In this document: positions 18,256 to 27,553 of the stretch, piece after piece | Numbering within the stretch: the first letter of the stretch is position 1 | Layout: the number at the start of each line of letters is the position of its first letter | Source: Anaerolineales bacterium | GTDB lineage: Bacteria; Chloroflexota; Anaerolineae; Anaerolineales; JABWBV01 | NCBI GenBank assembly: GCA_013359445.1 | Contig: JABWBV010000001.1 | Span: 1 to 50,621 of the forward strand | Length of the DNA: 50,621 bases | Direction of reading: 5' to 3' | Translations under genes and position numbers: made by a program | The notes under the pieces: model-generated | What the model was told of the DNA's origin: nothing | What the model saw: only the letters and a program-made list of their open reading frames with translations | Database searches by the model: none

Positions 18256-20081
18256 TGCAAAAAATCATCCTGTTTTTCCTGGCCTTTGCCTTTGCCTTCA
18301 TTCGCCCACGCGCGGTCTCATCGGCAACGTTTTATCCCATCTGTCAGCTTCAAGGCACGGGCAACACCACCCCTTACGCGGGCGAACAAGTCCAAACGGA
18401 AGGGATGGTTACCGCCGATTTCGACAACCAAAGCGAGCGCGGGTTTTTCATCCAGGTGGAAAATTGCGATGACAACGGGGATACCTCGAACGGGATTTTT
18501 GTCTACCTCAACGAGATGGCGAACGTCGTCAGCGTGGGTGATTGGGTAACGGTGAGCGGCCTTGCGGAGGAAGATTTCGGTCTGACACGGATCAACACGA
18601 CCCCGCTTGGCGTGGGTGTGGTTTCCTCGGGCAATGCCCTGCCCCTCGCGGTGGATTTTGCCCCGCCGTTTGACAATGCCCAGGCAAAGACCTACTTTGA
18701 GCGGCACGAAAGTATGCGTGTGTACGCGGCGGACACGGTCGTCGTTGGGCCAACGAGCGCGCGGGGGTACGCGTATGTCATCCGCGCGGGGTTGGGGATT
18801 GCGCGCGTGTTTCAGGGCGATCCCGCGGGGACCGGGGAGATTATCCCGATCAGTTCGGATGGGGTGTATCAGATCGAGCCAGATGCCCAGGTGGGGGATC
18901 AGGTTTTCAACGTCGTGGGGGTTTTGAATTACACGAGCGGGGAGTTTGGGATTATGTTGACCAGTTTCCCCACCCTGATCCGCCCCTCGCTCGTCGTCGC
19001 GCACGAGAGTGCGCTTTTACCGCACTCTCGTGCGGAACTACAAACGACTGTTCACCAAACAAACCAACAAACCGCGCCCTTCTCCCTCGCCACCCTCAAC
19101 CTGCACAACCTCTTCGACCCCATTGACGACCCCGCGACCGATGACAGCATCCCCACCCCTGGCGAGTACCAGACACATCTCAAAAAACTCGCCCTCACCA
19201 TCCACGAACTGGGCGAGCCGCTGTTTATTGCCGTGCAGGAAGCGGAGAATAACAGTGTCTTGCAAGCCCTTGCCAACCGCCCGGAACTGGAGGCGACGTA
19301 TGCCTATCTTTGGCAAGATAGTGTGGATAGGCGGGGGATCGATGTCGCGCTGTTGTATCAAGCCAACCGCGTGAACGTGATCGGGTGGGAACTGCGCCAG
19401 GGGTGTACTACGCTTGTGGACGGCCTCGGCCCGGATGGGAACGGGGATGTTACACTCCCGGCGAACGCGCTGACGTGTGACACGGATGGGGATGGGGAAA
19501 ATGATGGGAACCGGCTGTTCTCCCGCCCGCCGTTGGTGGCGCATGTGCAGGTGTGTGAGGGGTCGTGTGCGAGCGGCGGGGCGTTGCGGGATTTGTGGGT
19601 GATCGCCGTCCACTTCAAATCCAAGTCCGAGGATAACGATTTTCAAGCCTACACGCTCCCCCGGCGGATGGCCCAGGCGCAGTTTGTGGCGGGGGTATAT
19701 GCGGAAATTGTGGGCAGTGAGCCGGGGGCGGAAGTGATTGCGGCAGGGGATTTCAACGATTATCCCGATTCTCAGCCGTTGCAGATTTTGGCCGGGGCGG
19801 GGTTCGTCGATCAGGTGGTGCGCGTCCCCCAGGCGAGTGCGTTTACATACAATTTTGAAGGGGTGTCCCAGATTATCGATCACATTCTGGTCAGTCCGGG
19901 GGTTTTGGATAACGCCAGCCAGGGGCTGATCCCGACCATTTTCCACCTCAACGCCGATTACCCCGTCTCGTGGGAGGGGGATGATTCCACGGCGCGGCGG
20001 GCGACGGATCATGATCCGGTGGTGCTAAGGGTGGGGGAGTTGACGGAAGCGGTTTGGTTGCCGATTGTTGCGCGGCCTTAG
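18255..20081 (+). CDS. secreted endonuclease/exonuclease/phosphatase (EEP) family nuclease with an N-terminal beta-rich domain
   Basis: Signal peptide. The ICQLQGTG..GFFIQ..VSG N-domain resembles the equivalent segment of the 1792-aa protein. EEP blocks FSLATLNLHNLFDP, AVQEAEN, GDFNDY, DHDPV. Confidence 0.8.
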   Translation: MQKIILFFLAFAFAFIRPRAVSSATFYPICQLQGTGNTTPYAGEQVQTEGMVTADFDNQSERGFFIQVENCDDNGDTSNGIFVYLNEMANVVSVGDWVTVSGLAEEDFGLTRINTTPLGVGVVSSGNALPLAVDFAPPFDNAQAKTYFERHESMRVYAADTVVVGPTSARGYAYVIRAGLGIARVFQGDPAGTGEIIPISSDGVYQIEPDAQVGDQVFNVVGVLNYTSGEFGIMLTSFPTLIRPSLVVAHESALLPHSRAELQTTVHQTNQQTAPFSLATLNLHNLFDPIDDPATDDSIPTPGEYQTHLKKLALTIHELGEPLFIAVQEAENNSVLQALANRPELEATYAYLWQDSVDRRGIDVALLYQANRVNVIGWELRQGCTTLVDGLGPDGNGDVTLPANALTCDTDGDGENDGNRLFSRPPLVAHVQVCEGSCASGGALRDLWVIAVHFKSKSEDNDFQAYTLPRRMAQAQFVAGVYAEIVGSEPGAEVIAAGDFNDYPDSQPLQILAGAGFVDQVVRVPQASAFTYNFEGVSQIIDHILVSPGVLDNASQGLIPTIFHLNADYPVSWEGDDSTARRATDHDPVVLRVGELTEAVWLPIVARP

Positions 20082-20173
20082 CCATTTTTAGAAATCGCAT
20101 GGATAAACCCCAGTTGCGGGGAAACGACCTCGTTTTATTCCTCCGTGAGGGACAATGGTAAAATCCCCCGCCA

Positions 20174-21547
20174 ATGGACTTCAACACCCCTCTCTTTCTC
20201 TTCCTCTTCCTGCCCGTCACCCTCCTGGTCTACCTTGTCGCCGCCCCGCGCGGGCGGATCATCGTCGCCGGAGTCGCCAGTCTGTTGTTTTACGCCTGGG
20301 GGCAACCGGTGTACCTGCCACTCCTGCTGGGCCTCCTCCTCCTCACCTACTTCCTCGCGGAAAAAGGTAACCCGCGCAAACTCTGGGCGGGCGTCCTGCT
20401 CAATGTCGGCGCGCTCGTGTTCTTCAAAGCCGCTGTCACCTACTGGTTCGACATCCCCTACCCGCTTGGCCTCTCTTACGTGACTTTCACCGCGCTGGCC
20501 TACCTCGTAGATGTGTACCGGGGTCGGGTGGAGGCGGAACGCGACCTGCTGACCTTCGCCGCCTACCTGCTCTTCTTCCCCCGCCTGCTCGCCGGGCCGA
20601 TCACCCGCTACGGGACCCAACGGGACGCCCTGGCCCAACCGCGCGTCCCCCTCGAACATTTCACCACCGGCATCCGGCGCTTCATCCTCGGCCTCGCCAA
20701 AAAAGCCCTCCTCGCCGACACCCTCGCCCGCATCGTCACCCCCGCCTTCAGCCTCGCCACCCCGCAATTTACCCCGCGCGTGGCCTGGATCGTCCTCCTC
20801 GCCTACGCCCTCCAACTCTACTTCGACTTCTCCGGCTATACAGACATGGCCCTTGGCCTCGGCGGGATGATGGGCTACGCCTTGCCCGAAAACTTCAACG
20901 CCCCCTACCTCGCCCGCTCCATCGGCGATTTCTGGCGGCGCTGGCACATCACCCTCTCCAACTGGTTCCGCGACTACGTCTTCTACCCGCTCGAACGTCG
21001 CCGCTTAAAAATCCTCGGTCAACCCCTTAACATCCTCCTCGTCTTCCTCCTCACCGGTCTCTGGCATGGCCTCACCCTGCCCTTCGTGATTTGGGGGCTG
21101 ATCCACGGCCTCGCGCTGATCTTTGAAAACACCCGCCCCGGTCGTTGGCTGAAAACCGCGCCGCCCCCGCTCCAACATCTCTACGCCCTCACGATCATCC
21201 TCCTCGGCTGGGTCTTTTTCCGGTCCCCGGACGTGCCCTTTGCCCTAGCCTTTCTCCAACGCCTCGCGGGGTGGACGGGCGGCCTGACCCCGCTCCCCTT
21301 TGGCGAAACGAACCCGCTCCCTCTCATCGAGCCAACCGTGTGGCTGGCGCTGGCGGTGGGGGTGGTTTTCGCCTTTCCGGTCGGCGGGCGGGTGACCGGG
21401 TGGGTGGCGGATCGGTGGCGCGGCAACCCGTGGGGGGCGGTCATGGTGCAGGGGGTGTACGACGGGGTGCTGTTCCTGTTGTTGATCACCTCGATTGCGG
21501 CTATGGTCAGCGGACAATTCGCCCCCGGCATTTATGGAGGCTTTTGA
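20174..21547 (+). CDS. MBOAT family O-acyltransferase (AlgI/DltB-like)
   Basis: FWRRWHITLSNWFRDYVFYPL and GLWHG (catalytic His); polytopic. Confidence 0.85.
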   Translation: MDFNTPLFLFLFLPVTLLVYLVAAPRGRIIVAGVASLLFYAWGQPVYLPLLLGLLLLTYFLAEKGNPRKLWAGVLLNVGALVFFKAAVTYWFDIPYPLGLSYVTFTALAYLVDVYRGRVEAERDLLTFAAYLLFFPRLLAGPITRYGTQRDALAQPRVPLEHFTTGIRRFILGLAKKALLADTLARIVTPAFSLATPQFTPRVAWIVLLAYALQLYFDFSGYTDMALGLGGMMGYALPENFNAPYLARSIGDFWRRWHITLSNWFRDYVFYPLERRRLKILGQPLNILLVFLLTGLWHGLTLPFVIWGLIHGLALIFENTRPGRWLKTAPPPLQHLYALTIILLGWVFFRSPDVPFALAFLQRLAGWTGGLTPLPFGETNPLPLIEPTVWLALAVGVVFAFPVGGRVTGWVADRWRGNPWGAVMVQGVYDGVLFLLLITSIAAMVSGQFAPGIYGGF

Positions 21548-22569
21548 TGAATCCCACCCCTTCCCGGCTCGCGCGGGGATACCAACTCGCGTTCAGCGTC
21601 GCCTTCTTCATCATCCTTCTGCTTCCCCTTCGCCGCCTGACCCTCAGCCCTGGCGACTTAGAAGCGAACTTCTTCGGGCGGGCGTGGCTGATCCAGGAAT
21701 TCAACCTCGCCCGCGTGGCCCTCGGCGACCGCGTCTTCCCCAAAACGATTGTGGGCGACGAGGGCTGGGTTTTCTACCGCGCCGAAAAATCTCTCGACGA
21801 CTACCAAAACGCCATCCCTCTCTCCGAGACTGATCTGACCGAAATCCAGACGAATCTGGACGCCCTCGCGTCCGCCTACGCCGCGCGGGGCATCCAACTC
21901 CTCGTCGTCATCGTCCCCGACAAAGCCACGATCTATGGCGACTACCTGCCCCCCGAAATCCCGATCCTGGGCGCGGAATCCCGGCTGGATCAACTGACTG
22001 CCTATCTCGCCGCCCACGGGACGCCTCTGCTCGATCTGCGCCCCGCCCTCCGCGCGGCGCGGGAAACCCAACAGGTGTACTTCAAAACCGACACCCACTG
22101 GAACGATTACGGCGCGTATGTGGGCTACACCGAAATGCTCCGGGCACTGGGGCTGGAACCTTTCCCCCTCGATGCGTTTGACGTGAAATCTGCGGGGCTA
22201 AAACTGCTGGACCTGAGCCGCAATATGGGTACGAACATCCTGGAAGAACGGATTGACCTGCTCGCCCCCGACGACGCCGTCCGCTACCGCAAACTCCCCC
22301 TGGCGGATGGCCGCAACCTGACGCTGACCTACCACGAGGACCAATCTCTGCCCCGTGCGGTAATCTACCACGACTCCTTCTTCTTTCAACTGATCCCGAT
22401 GTTCGCCCCCCACTTCCGCCAGATCACGTTCATCCCCCACTACACCGGCGGCGAAATCTGGAACCTGGATTGGGTGGAAGAGGAACAGCCGGACATTGTG
22501 ATTATCGAGTTTGCGGAGCGGTATCTGGCGGATCTTGCAAGGTTAGTGAAACCGAGGGAGGTCAGGTGA
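21547..22569 (+). CDS. AlgJ/AlgX-like (DHHW/SGNH-type) polysaccharide O-acetyltransferase partner
   Basis: ATG at 21547 overlaps the MBOAT stop (TGATG). N-terminal TM anchor and a YFKTDTHWNDYGAY motif. The 474-aa ORF starting at 21145 is an out-of-frame extension inside the MBOAT gene. Confidence 0.7.
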   Translation: MNPTPSRLARGYQLAFSVAFFIILLLPLRRLTLSPGDLEANFFGRAWLIQEFNLARVALGDRVFPKTIVGDEGWVFYRAEKSLDDYQNAIPLSETDLTEIQTNLDALASAYAARGIQLLVVIVPDKATIYGDYLPPEIPILGAESRLDQLTAYLAAHGTPLLDLRPALRAARETQQVYFKTDTHWNDYGAYVGYTEMLRALGLEPFPLDAFDVKSAGLKLLDLSRNMGTNILEERIDLLAPDDAVRYRKLPLADGRNLTLTYHEDQSLPRAVIYHDSFFFQLIPMFAPHFRQITFIPHYTGGEIWNLDWVEEEQPDIVIIEFAERYLADLARLVKPREVR

Positions 22570-22624
22570 CACTCGAAACAAAAACATGCGGCATCTCAAG
22601 GTCTATCATCTTTTTTGAATTGCT

Positions 22625-23527
22625 CTATGATGCAATCAATCCTTGTAAATCATTGCAGAACAGGCTATCAATCGTTTTTATGTAAGCCTTTAGGAGATTA
22701 TCTGAGGTCATGTTGGGGCGAATATCACAATAATAAACGCCATCCAGGGGGTTTAACTTGACAGTATACCCCTTGAAGTGTCCGGGCAGAAAGGTTGCAC
22801 TAATCCCATACTGGTTTTCGTGTTTGGTTTTCTTTCTTTGTACATCGTTCAAAAAGATGGCGATGTGAGGGGTTGTAGTTTCGGTTAACCGGCTGTACAA
22901 AAATTTGTCCATGAAGATTTTGTCAAGCCGGTCTTTGCTAGAAGTTTTCACGGAGCCAATGACTTTTAAGTGGTTATCCTGGAAGAGTAACAAGTCATGC
23001 TGATAGCTCATGGCAAATTGTTCAACGCCATCTACGATCACAGGGGCATTAATTACGCCACTTCTGCAATCTATTCCAACTTCCTGGATCAGCAAACGGA
23101 TAAGCCGCTCGAACAAATCCCAGTTGATTTTCCTTGCGGTATTCGACTGCCCGGCAGGGAGGGCATCGAGGGTTGCGCCAATGGTCTGCTGAATTGTGTA
23201 AATGGAATTTCGGATGATGGTTCGATGTGTTTGATCGGTTTCCCCAAGTTCTTTTGCGTTTTGGAGGGTATCGAGAAATCGCTCGCTGAGAATGGCACTG
23301 TTTTCAGCCGAGTACATCAAATCGGCGTTGAGGGGGCGCGTGATGTTGAAAAACCCATCTTGACGATACTGGAAAAAACAGTAGTTTTGCTCATTTTGGG
23401 AGATGATGGTGGCCTGTAACCCGGATGAGGCAAAGTCAAGGTAGCGTTGGCTGAACTCGAGATAGTTTTTTGGAGACAGAAAGTTGGTTTTGTCGGTGAC
23501 GAAGGCAACGAGGTCTGAGAGGTTCAT
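22625..23527 (-). CDS. putative type II restriction endonuclease (family not recognised)
   Basis: AT-rich 300-aa ORF. Its start overlaps the stop of the adjacent DNA methyltransferase by 4 nt. The assignment rests on context; IGSVKTSSKDRLDK is a possible catalytic block. Confidence 0.5.
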   Translation of the reverse strand: MNLSDLVAFVTDKTNFLSPKNYLEFSQRYLDFASSGLQATIISQNEQNYCFFQYRQDGFFNITRPLNADLMYSAENSAILSERFLDTLQNAKELGETDQTHRTIIRNSIYTIQQTIGATLDALPAGQSNTARKINWDLFERLIRLLIQEVGIDCRSGVINAPVIVDGVEQFAMSYQHDLLLFQDNHLKVIGSVKTSSKDRLDKIFMDKFLYSRLTETTTPHIAIFLNDVQRKKTKHENQYGISATFLPGHFKGYTVKLNPLDGVYYCDIRPNMTSDNLLKAYIKTIDSLFCNDLQGLIAS

Positions 23528-24465
23528 CGAATACTTTCCCTGCGCTCTGCATTTTTTCGGTCAAATTCAATCCATTCTAAAACGGATAAACGGCGAACGT
23601 TTTCTAAGCGTTCAATTGCCCACTGATTGTATTGGGCGTTGATTTCACACCCTACCCATTTTCGCCCCAACTGTTCGGCGACGACCAGCGCGGTACCGGA
23701 GCCTGAAAAGGGGTCAAGGACGGTCTGATCCGGGTCGGTGGCAGCCAAAATGAGACGCCGCAACAATTCTTCGGGCTTTTGGGTGGGGTGGGGGGTTTTT
23801 TCTCCCATGCCATTGCATGTGGTGGGGATTTCAAGCACATCTTTGGGTTTTGCGCCTAGCGGGTTGGGTGTCCATTGCTCCTCTCTTTTTTTGCCGTTCC
23901 CGAAGTTACTCGTGGCGGCTTGCGGATGCACGGGATATTTGAGGGTGTGATTGCCATAAGGGATACGGACTTCATCCACGCGCAAGGCAAATTTTTTGGT
24001 TTTGCGAAAATGCAAGATACTTTCATGGGAACGCCCCCAATCTCTACCTAAATTGGCTTTGTTGCGATAGTTCCATACCAGCCACCGACATGAGTCAAAG
24101 TATTTGGAGGATGGGTGTTTCAGGTCGGCCAGAATTTCAGAAAAACCGCAGATATACAAAGACCCCGTGTCTTTCAACACCCTGGCCGCGTGTTTGATCC
24201 AACTCAACGACCATTGAATATACACTTCCTGACTTTCAAACGTGTCCCATTCCGCTTTTTTGATGTTGTAGGGCGGGTCGGCAAAGACTAGATCCACGCT
24301 TTCGCTTGCTAAAGTGCCTAACCAGTCGAGGGAGTTGCCAAGAAATAGTTTTCCGCGGGGGTGTTCGTAGTGCAGTTGAATCCTATCCGCTTTTTCAACG
24401 ATTGGGAGGGTTCGTCCGGTGTTGAGGGGGAAGAGGGAGGGGGGATTGGAGGGGGAGGGGTGCAT
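23524..24465 (-). CDS. DNA methyltransferase, beta-class, probably N6-adenine (DPPY)
   Basis: Motif IV FADPPYN precedes motif I DPFSGSGT. ATG at 24465 (MHPSPS..). The GTG at 24537 is less likely. Confidence 0.8.
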   Translation of the reverse strand: MHPSPSNPPSLFPLNTGRTLPIVEKADRIQLHYEHPRGKLFLGNSLDWLGTLASESVDLVFADPPYNIKKAEWDTFESQEVYIQWSLSWIKHAARVLKDTGSLYICGFSEILADLKHPSSKYFDSCRWLVWNYRNKANLGRDWGRSHESILHFRKTKKFALRVDEVRIPYGNHTLKYPVHPQAATSNFGNGKKREEQWTPNPLGAKPKDVLEIPTTCNGMGEKTPHPTQKPEELLRRLILAATDPDQTVLDPFSGSGTALVVAEQLGRKWVGCEINAQYNQWAIERLENVRRLSVLEWIEFDRKNAERRESIR

Positions 24466-24540
24466 GGTGGGGTAAATATAGCATAAAAAAGCATGGTTGA
24501 TAGTGAAGATGTTTGGATATGAGAAAGAGAGGCACACTCG

Positions 24541-25950
24541 TTACGCTAACGCTCCCGCCAACTGACAAATCTTCTCCCACGCCGCCCGCACATGCCGCTC
24601 CTCCGTATTTGTCTGCCCGATACACATCCGAAGGGTGAATTTACCGTCGAGGACGGTGTGCGTCAGGTAGAGTTCGCCCGATTGGTTGAGGTTGTCGAGC
24701 AGGGCGCGGTTGAAGGCGTCCCCGGCTTTGTGGCGGAAGCAGACGAGGTTGAGGGGGGCGGGGGCGGCGAGTTCAAAATCGGGATGGGCACGTACCCAGT
24801 CGGCGAATTGTTGGGCGAGGGCGACGTGCTGGCGGACGTGGTATTGCAAGCCTTCCACGCCATAATGCCGGATGACGAACCACAGTTTGAGCGACCGGAA
24901 CCGCCTTCCTAACTGGATGTGCCAGTCCCGGTAATCGTACACCGCGCCGGATTGGGTGGCCTGGTTTTTCAGGTATTCGGGCAGGATGCTGAGGGTGTTG
25001 ATGAGGGCGGTGTGATCGGCCACGAAGAAGACGTTGCAATCGAAGTTGGTGAACATCCACTTGTGGGGGTTGAAGAGGTAGCTGTCTGCGAGTTCGACCC
25101 CGTCGTGGGTGTAGCGGAATTCCGGGCAGAGGGCGGCGGTGCCGGACATGGCGGCGTCTACGTGCAACCACAGCCCTTCGGCGCGGCAAAATTCGCCGAT
25201 GGCGCGGATGGGGTCGAGGGCGTTGGAGGAGGTGGTGCCGATGGTGGCGGTGACAAAGCACGGGGTGAGGCCCGCGGCCCGGTCCTCGGCGACCCGCGCG
25301 GCCAGGGCATCCACGCGCATGGCGAAGTTTTCGTCGGTAGGAATCAGACGGAGGTTCGCGCGGCCCATCCCCGCGATGCCCATGGCTTTTTCGACGGAGG
25401 AGTGGGTTTGGGTGGAGGTGTAGGCGGTCAGTTTGCCGTCGCACCCCTGTTTGTTGGTTTGATAGTTCGTGGCGCGTTCGCGGGCGGCGAGGAGGGCGGT
25501 GAGGCTGGCGCTGGAGGCGGTGTCTTGCAGGACACCGTTGCCTTTGAACTTTTGCGGGAGGCCGAGCATGTCCACGAGCCAGTCGAGGACGTGGGTTTCG
25601 AGTTCGGTGGCGGCGGGGCTGGTGGCCCACAACATCCCCTGCACGCCGAGGCCGGACGAGAGCAAATCGCCCAAAATGGCGGGGCCGGAGGCGTTGGCGG
25701 GGAAGTAGGCAAAGAAGTTGGGGGATTGCCAGTGGGTGATGCCGGGGAGTAGGGTGTTCACGTCCGCGAGGATGTCGGGGAAGGGTTCGCCCTGCGCGGG
25801 GGGATTGGCGGGGAGGCCGGCGCGGATTTCACCGGGTTTGACCTGCGAGAGGACGGGGTAGGTTTCGATTTGTTCGTAGTAGTCGGCGATCCAGTCTACG
25901 ACGAGGCGGCCGTATTCGCGGAATTGGGAGGGGGTCATGTGAGGGGTCAT
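24541..25950 (-). CDS. PLP-dependent aromatic-L-amino-acid/tyrosine decarboxylase (group II)
   Basis: 469 aa. N-terminal FREYG..VDWIADYY and the PLP-lysine block NPHKW. Confidence 0.85.
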   Translation of the reverse strand: MTPHMTPSQFREYGRLVVDWIADYYEQIETYPVLSQVKPGEIRAGLPANPPAQGEPFPDILADVNTLLPGITHWQSPNFFAYFPANASGPAILGDLLSSGLGVQGMLWATSPAATELETHVLDWLVDMLGLPQKFKGNGVLQDTASSASLTALLAARERATNYQTNKQGCDGKLTAYTSTQTHSSVEKAMGIAGMGRANLRLIPTDENFAMRVDALAARVAEDRAAGLTPCFVTATIGTTSSNALDPIRAIGEFCRAEGLWLHVDAAMSGTAALCPEFRYTHDGVELADSYLFNPHKWMFTNFDCNVFFVADHTALINTLSILPEYLKNQATQSGAVYDYRDWHIQLGRRFRSLKLWFVIRHYGVEGLQYHVRQHVALAQQFADWVRAHPDFELAAPAPLNLVCFRHKAGDAFNRALLDNLNQSGELYLTHTVLDGKFTLRMCIGQTNTEERHVRAAWEKICQLAGALA

Positions 25951-25983
25951 AATTGTGAATGGTGAATAGTCAATTTTTAATGG

Positions 25984-27528
25984 TCAATCCCGTAACTTGA
26001 ACCGCTGAATCTTCCCCGTCGCGGTGCGGGGCAACTCTTTCACGAACTCCACCCAGCGGGGGCGTTTGTACTCCGCCATGTGCTCGCGGCAGAAGGCGAT
26101 GAGTTGGGCGGCGAGTTCTTCGGAGGGGAAAATGCCTTCTTTCAGGATGATAAACGCTTTGGGTTTGACGAGCTGGCGATCATCCGCTTTGCCCACCACG
26201 GCCACTTGCAAAACGGCGGGGTGGCGGGTGAGGGTGGCCTCCACTTCCATCGGGGAAACCCAGATGCCGCCCACTTTCAGCATGTCGTCGGCGCGCCCGG
26301 CGTGGTGGTAGTAGCCATCTTCGTCCACGTAATACTGGTCGCCGGTGAACAGCCATTCGCCGAGGAAGGTTTTGCGGCTCTTTTCGTATTGATGCAGATA
26401 CGAGAGGGCGACCGATTCCCCTTTGACGAGCAGGTTGCCCGTTTCCCCGCGGGGCACGTCTTTGAAGTCGAAGTCCACCACGCGGACTTCGTACCCCGGA
26501 ACGGGTTTGCCACTCGTGCCGGGGCGGATGTCCCCCGGGCGGTTGGAGATGAAGATGTGGTACACCTCCGTCGCGCCGATGCCGTCAATGATGTCCAGCC
26601 CGGTCATCTGTTTCCATTGACGCCAGATCGGTTCGGGCAGGGCCTCCCCGGCGGAGACGCACAGGCGCACGCTCGAAAGGTCGTACTTTTGCAGGAAATT
26701 TTCCACTGCCATCGCCAGCGCGTACCCGGTCGGGGAGTTGTAGAAGATTGTGGGTTTGAACCGATCCACCATCTCCAACAGGTTCGTGGCCAAGCGCGGG
26801 GAGCCGGAAAATAGCACACAACTCGCGCCGACGTGCCAGGGAAACAGCAAATTGCCCCCCGTCCCAAACGTGAAAAAGAGTTTCGCACCCGCAAACGTCC
26901 GGTCATTTTCCGTCAGGCCGAGAACGTTTTTGCCCCAGAGTTCTGCGGTCAGGACGAGGTCTTTGTGGGCGTGGGGGATGCCTTTGGGTTCCCCGGTCGT
27001 GCCGCTGGAGTAGTTGAGGGTGGCGAGGTCTTCGCGATGGGTGGGGGCGGTGTCGAGGACGGGGGAGGCGTCTGAAATCCAGTCGGCGTAGGACATCATG
27101 GATTCGGGCGCGGTGCCGATCACGATCACGTGTTCGAGAAACGGTTGTTCGGGCAATATCCCCTGCACGGCGGGGAGCAGTTTGTCATGGACGACGAGGA
27201 CGCGCATCCGGCTGTCGCGGAGCATGTAATCGTATTCGGCGGGGGTGAGGAGGGTGTTCAGCCCGGCGTGGATCGCGCCGATTTTCAGCGTGCCGAAGAA
27301 GGTGGTCACCCACTCCGGCCCGTCGAAGGCGAGCAGGCCGACGCAATCCCCCATCCGCACGCCGAGCTTTTTGAGGGCGTTGCCCACGCGGTTGGTTTCA
27401 TCGGACACTTCTTGAAAGGTCAGGTTCCGTTCGAGGGAAAGGAGGGCGGTTTTTGAGGCACGGTTGGGTAAATTATGTTCAAGGATGTGGACGGCGTTGT
27501 AGGTGAGGGGGAGGTCGGTTGCACGCAT
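25984..27528 (-). CDS. benzoate/2-aminobenzoate-CoA ligase family AMP-forming aryl-CoA ligase
   Basis: YSSGTTGEPKG AMP-binding motif and a C-terminal GKIQRFKLR. RBS AGGAG. Confidence 0.8.
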   Translation of the reverse strand: MRATDLPLTYNAVHILEHNLPNRASKTALLSLERNLTFQEVSDETNRVGNALKKLGVRMGDCVGLLAFDGPEWVTTFFGTLKIGAIHAGLNTLLTPAEYDYMLRDSRMRVLVVHDKLLPAVQGILPEQPFLEHVIVIGTAPESMMSYADWISDASPVLDTAPTHREDLATLNYSSGTTGEPKGIPHAHKDLVLTAELWGKNVLGLTENDRTFAGAKLFFTFGTGGNLLFPWHVGASCVLFSGSPRLATNLLEMVDRFKPTIFYNSPTGYALAMAVENFLQKYDLSSVRLCVSAGEALPEPIWRQWKQMTGLDIIDGIGATEVYHIFISNRPGDIRPGTSGKPVPGYEVRVVDFDFKDVPRGETGNLLVKGESVALSYLHQYEKSRKTFLGEWLFTGDQYYVDEDGYYHHAGRADDMLKVGGIWVSPMEVEATLTRHPAVLQVAVVGKADDRQLVKPKAFIILKEGIFPSEELAAQLIAFCREHMAEYKRPRWVEFVKELPRTATGKIQRFKLRD

Positions 27529-27553
27529 GGGGACTCCTGGGGGGGGGAAACAG

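Noticed and set aside
21145-21546. N-terminal 134 codons of the 474-aa ORF 21145..22569.
   Set aside because: This part runs out of frame inside the MBOAT gene and translates to Arg/Pro/Gly-rich sequence. The real AlgJ-like protein starts at ATG 21547, with a TM anchor and a TGATG coupling to the MBOAT stop.
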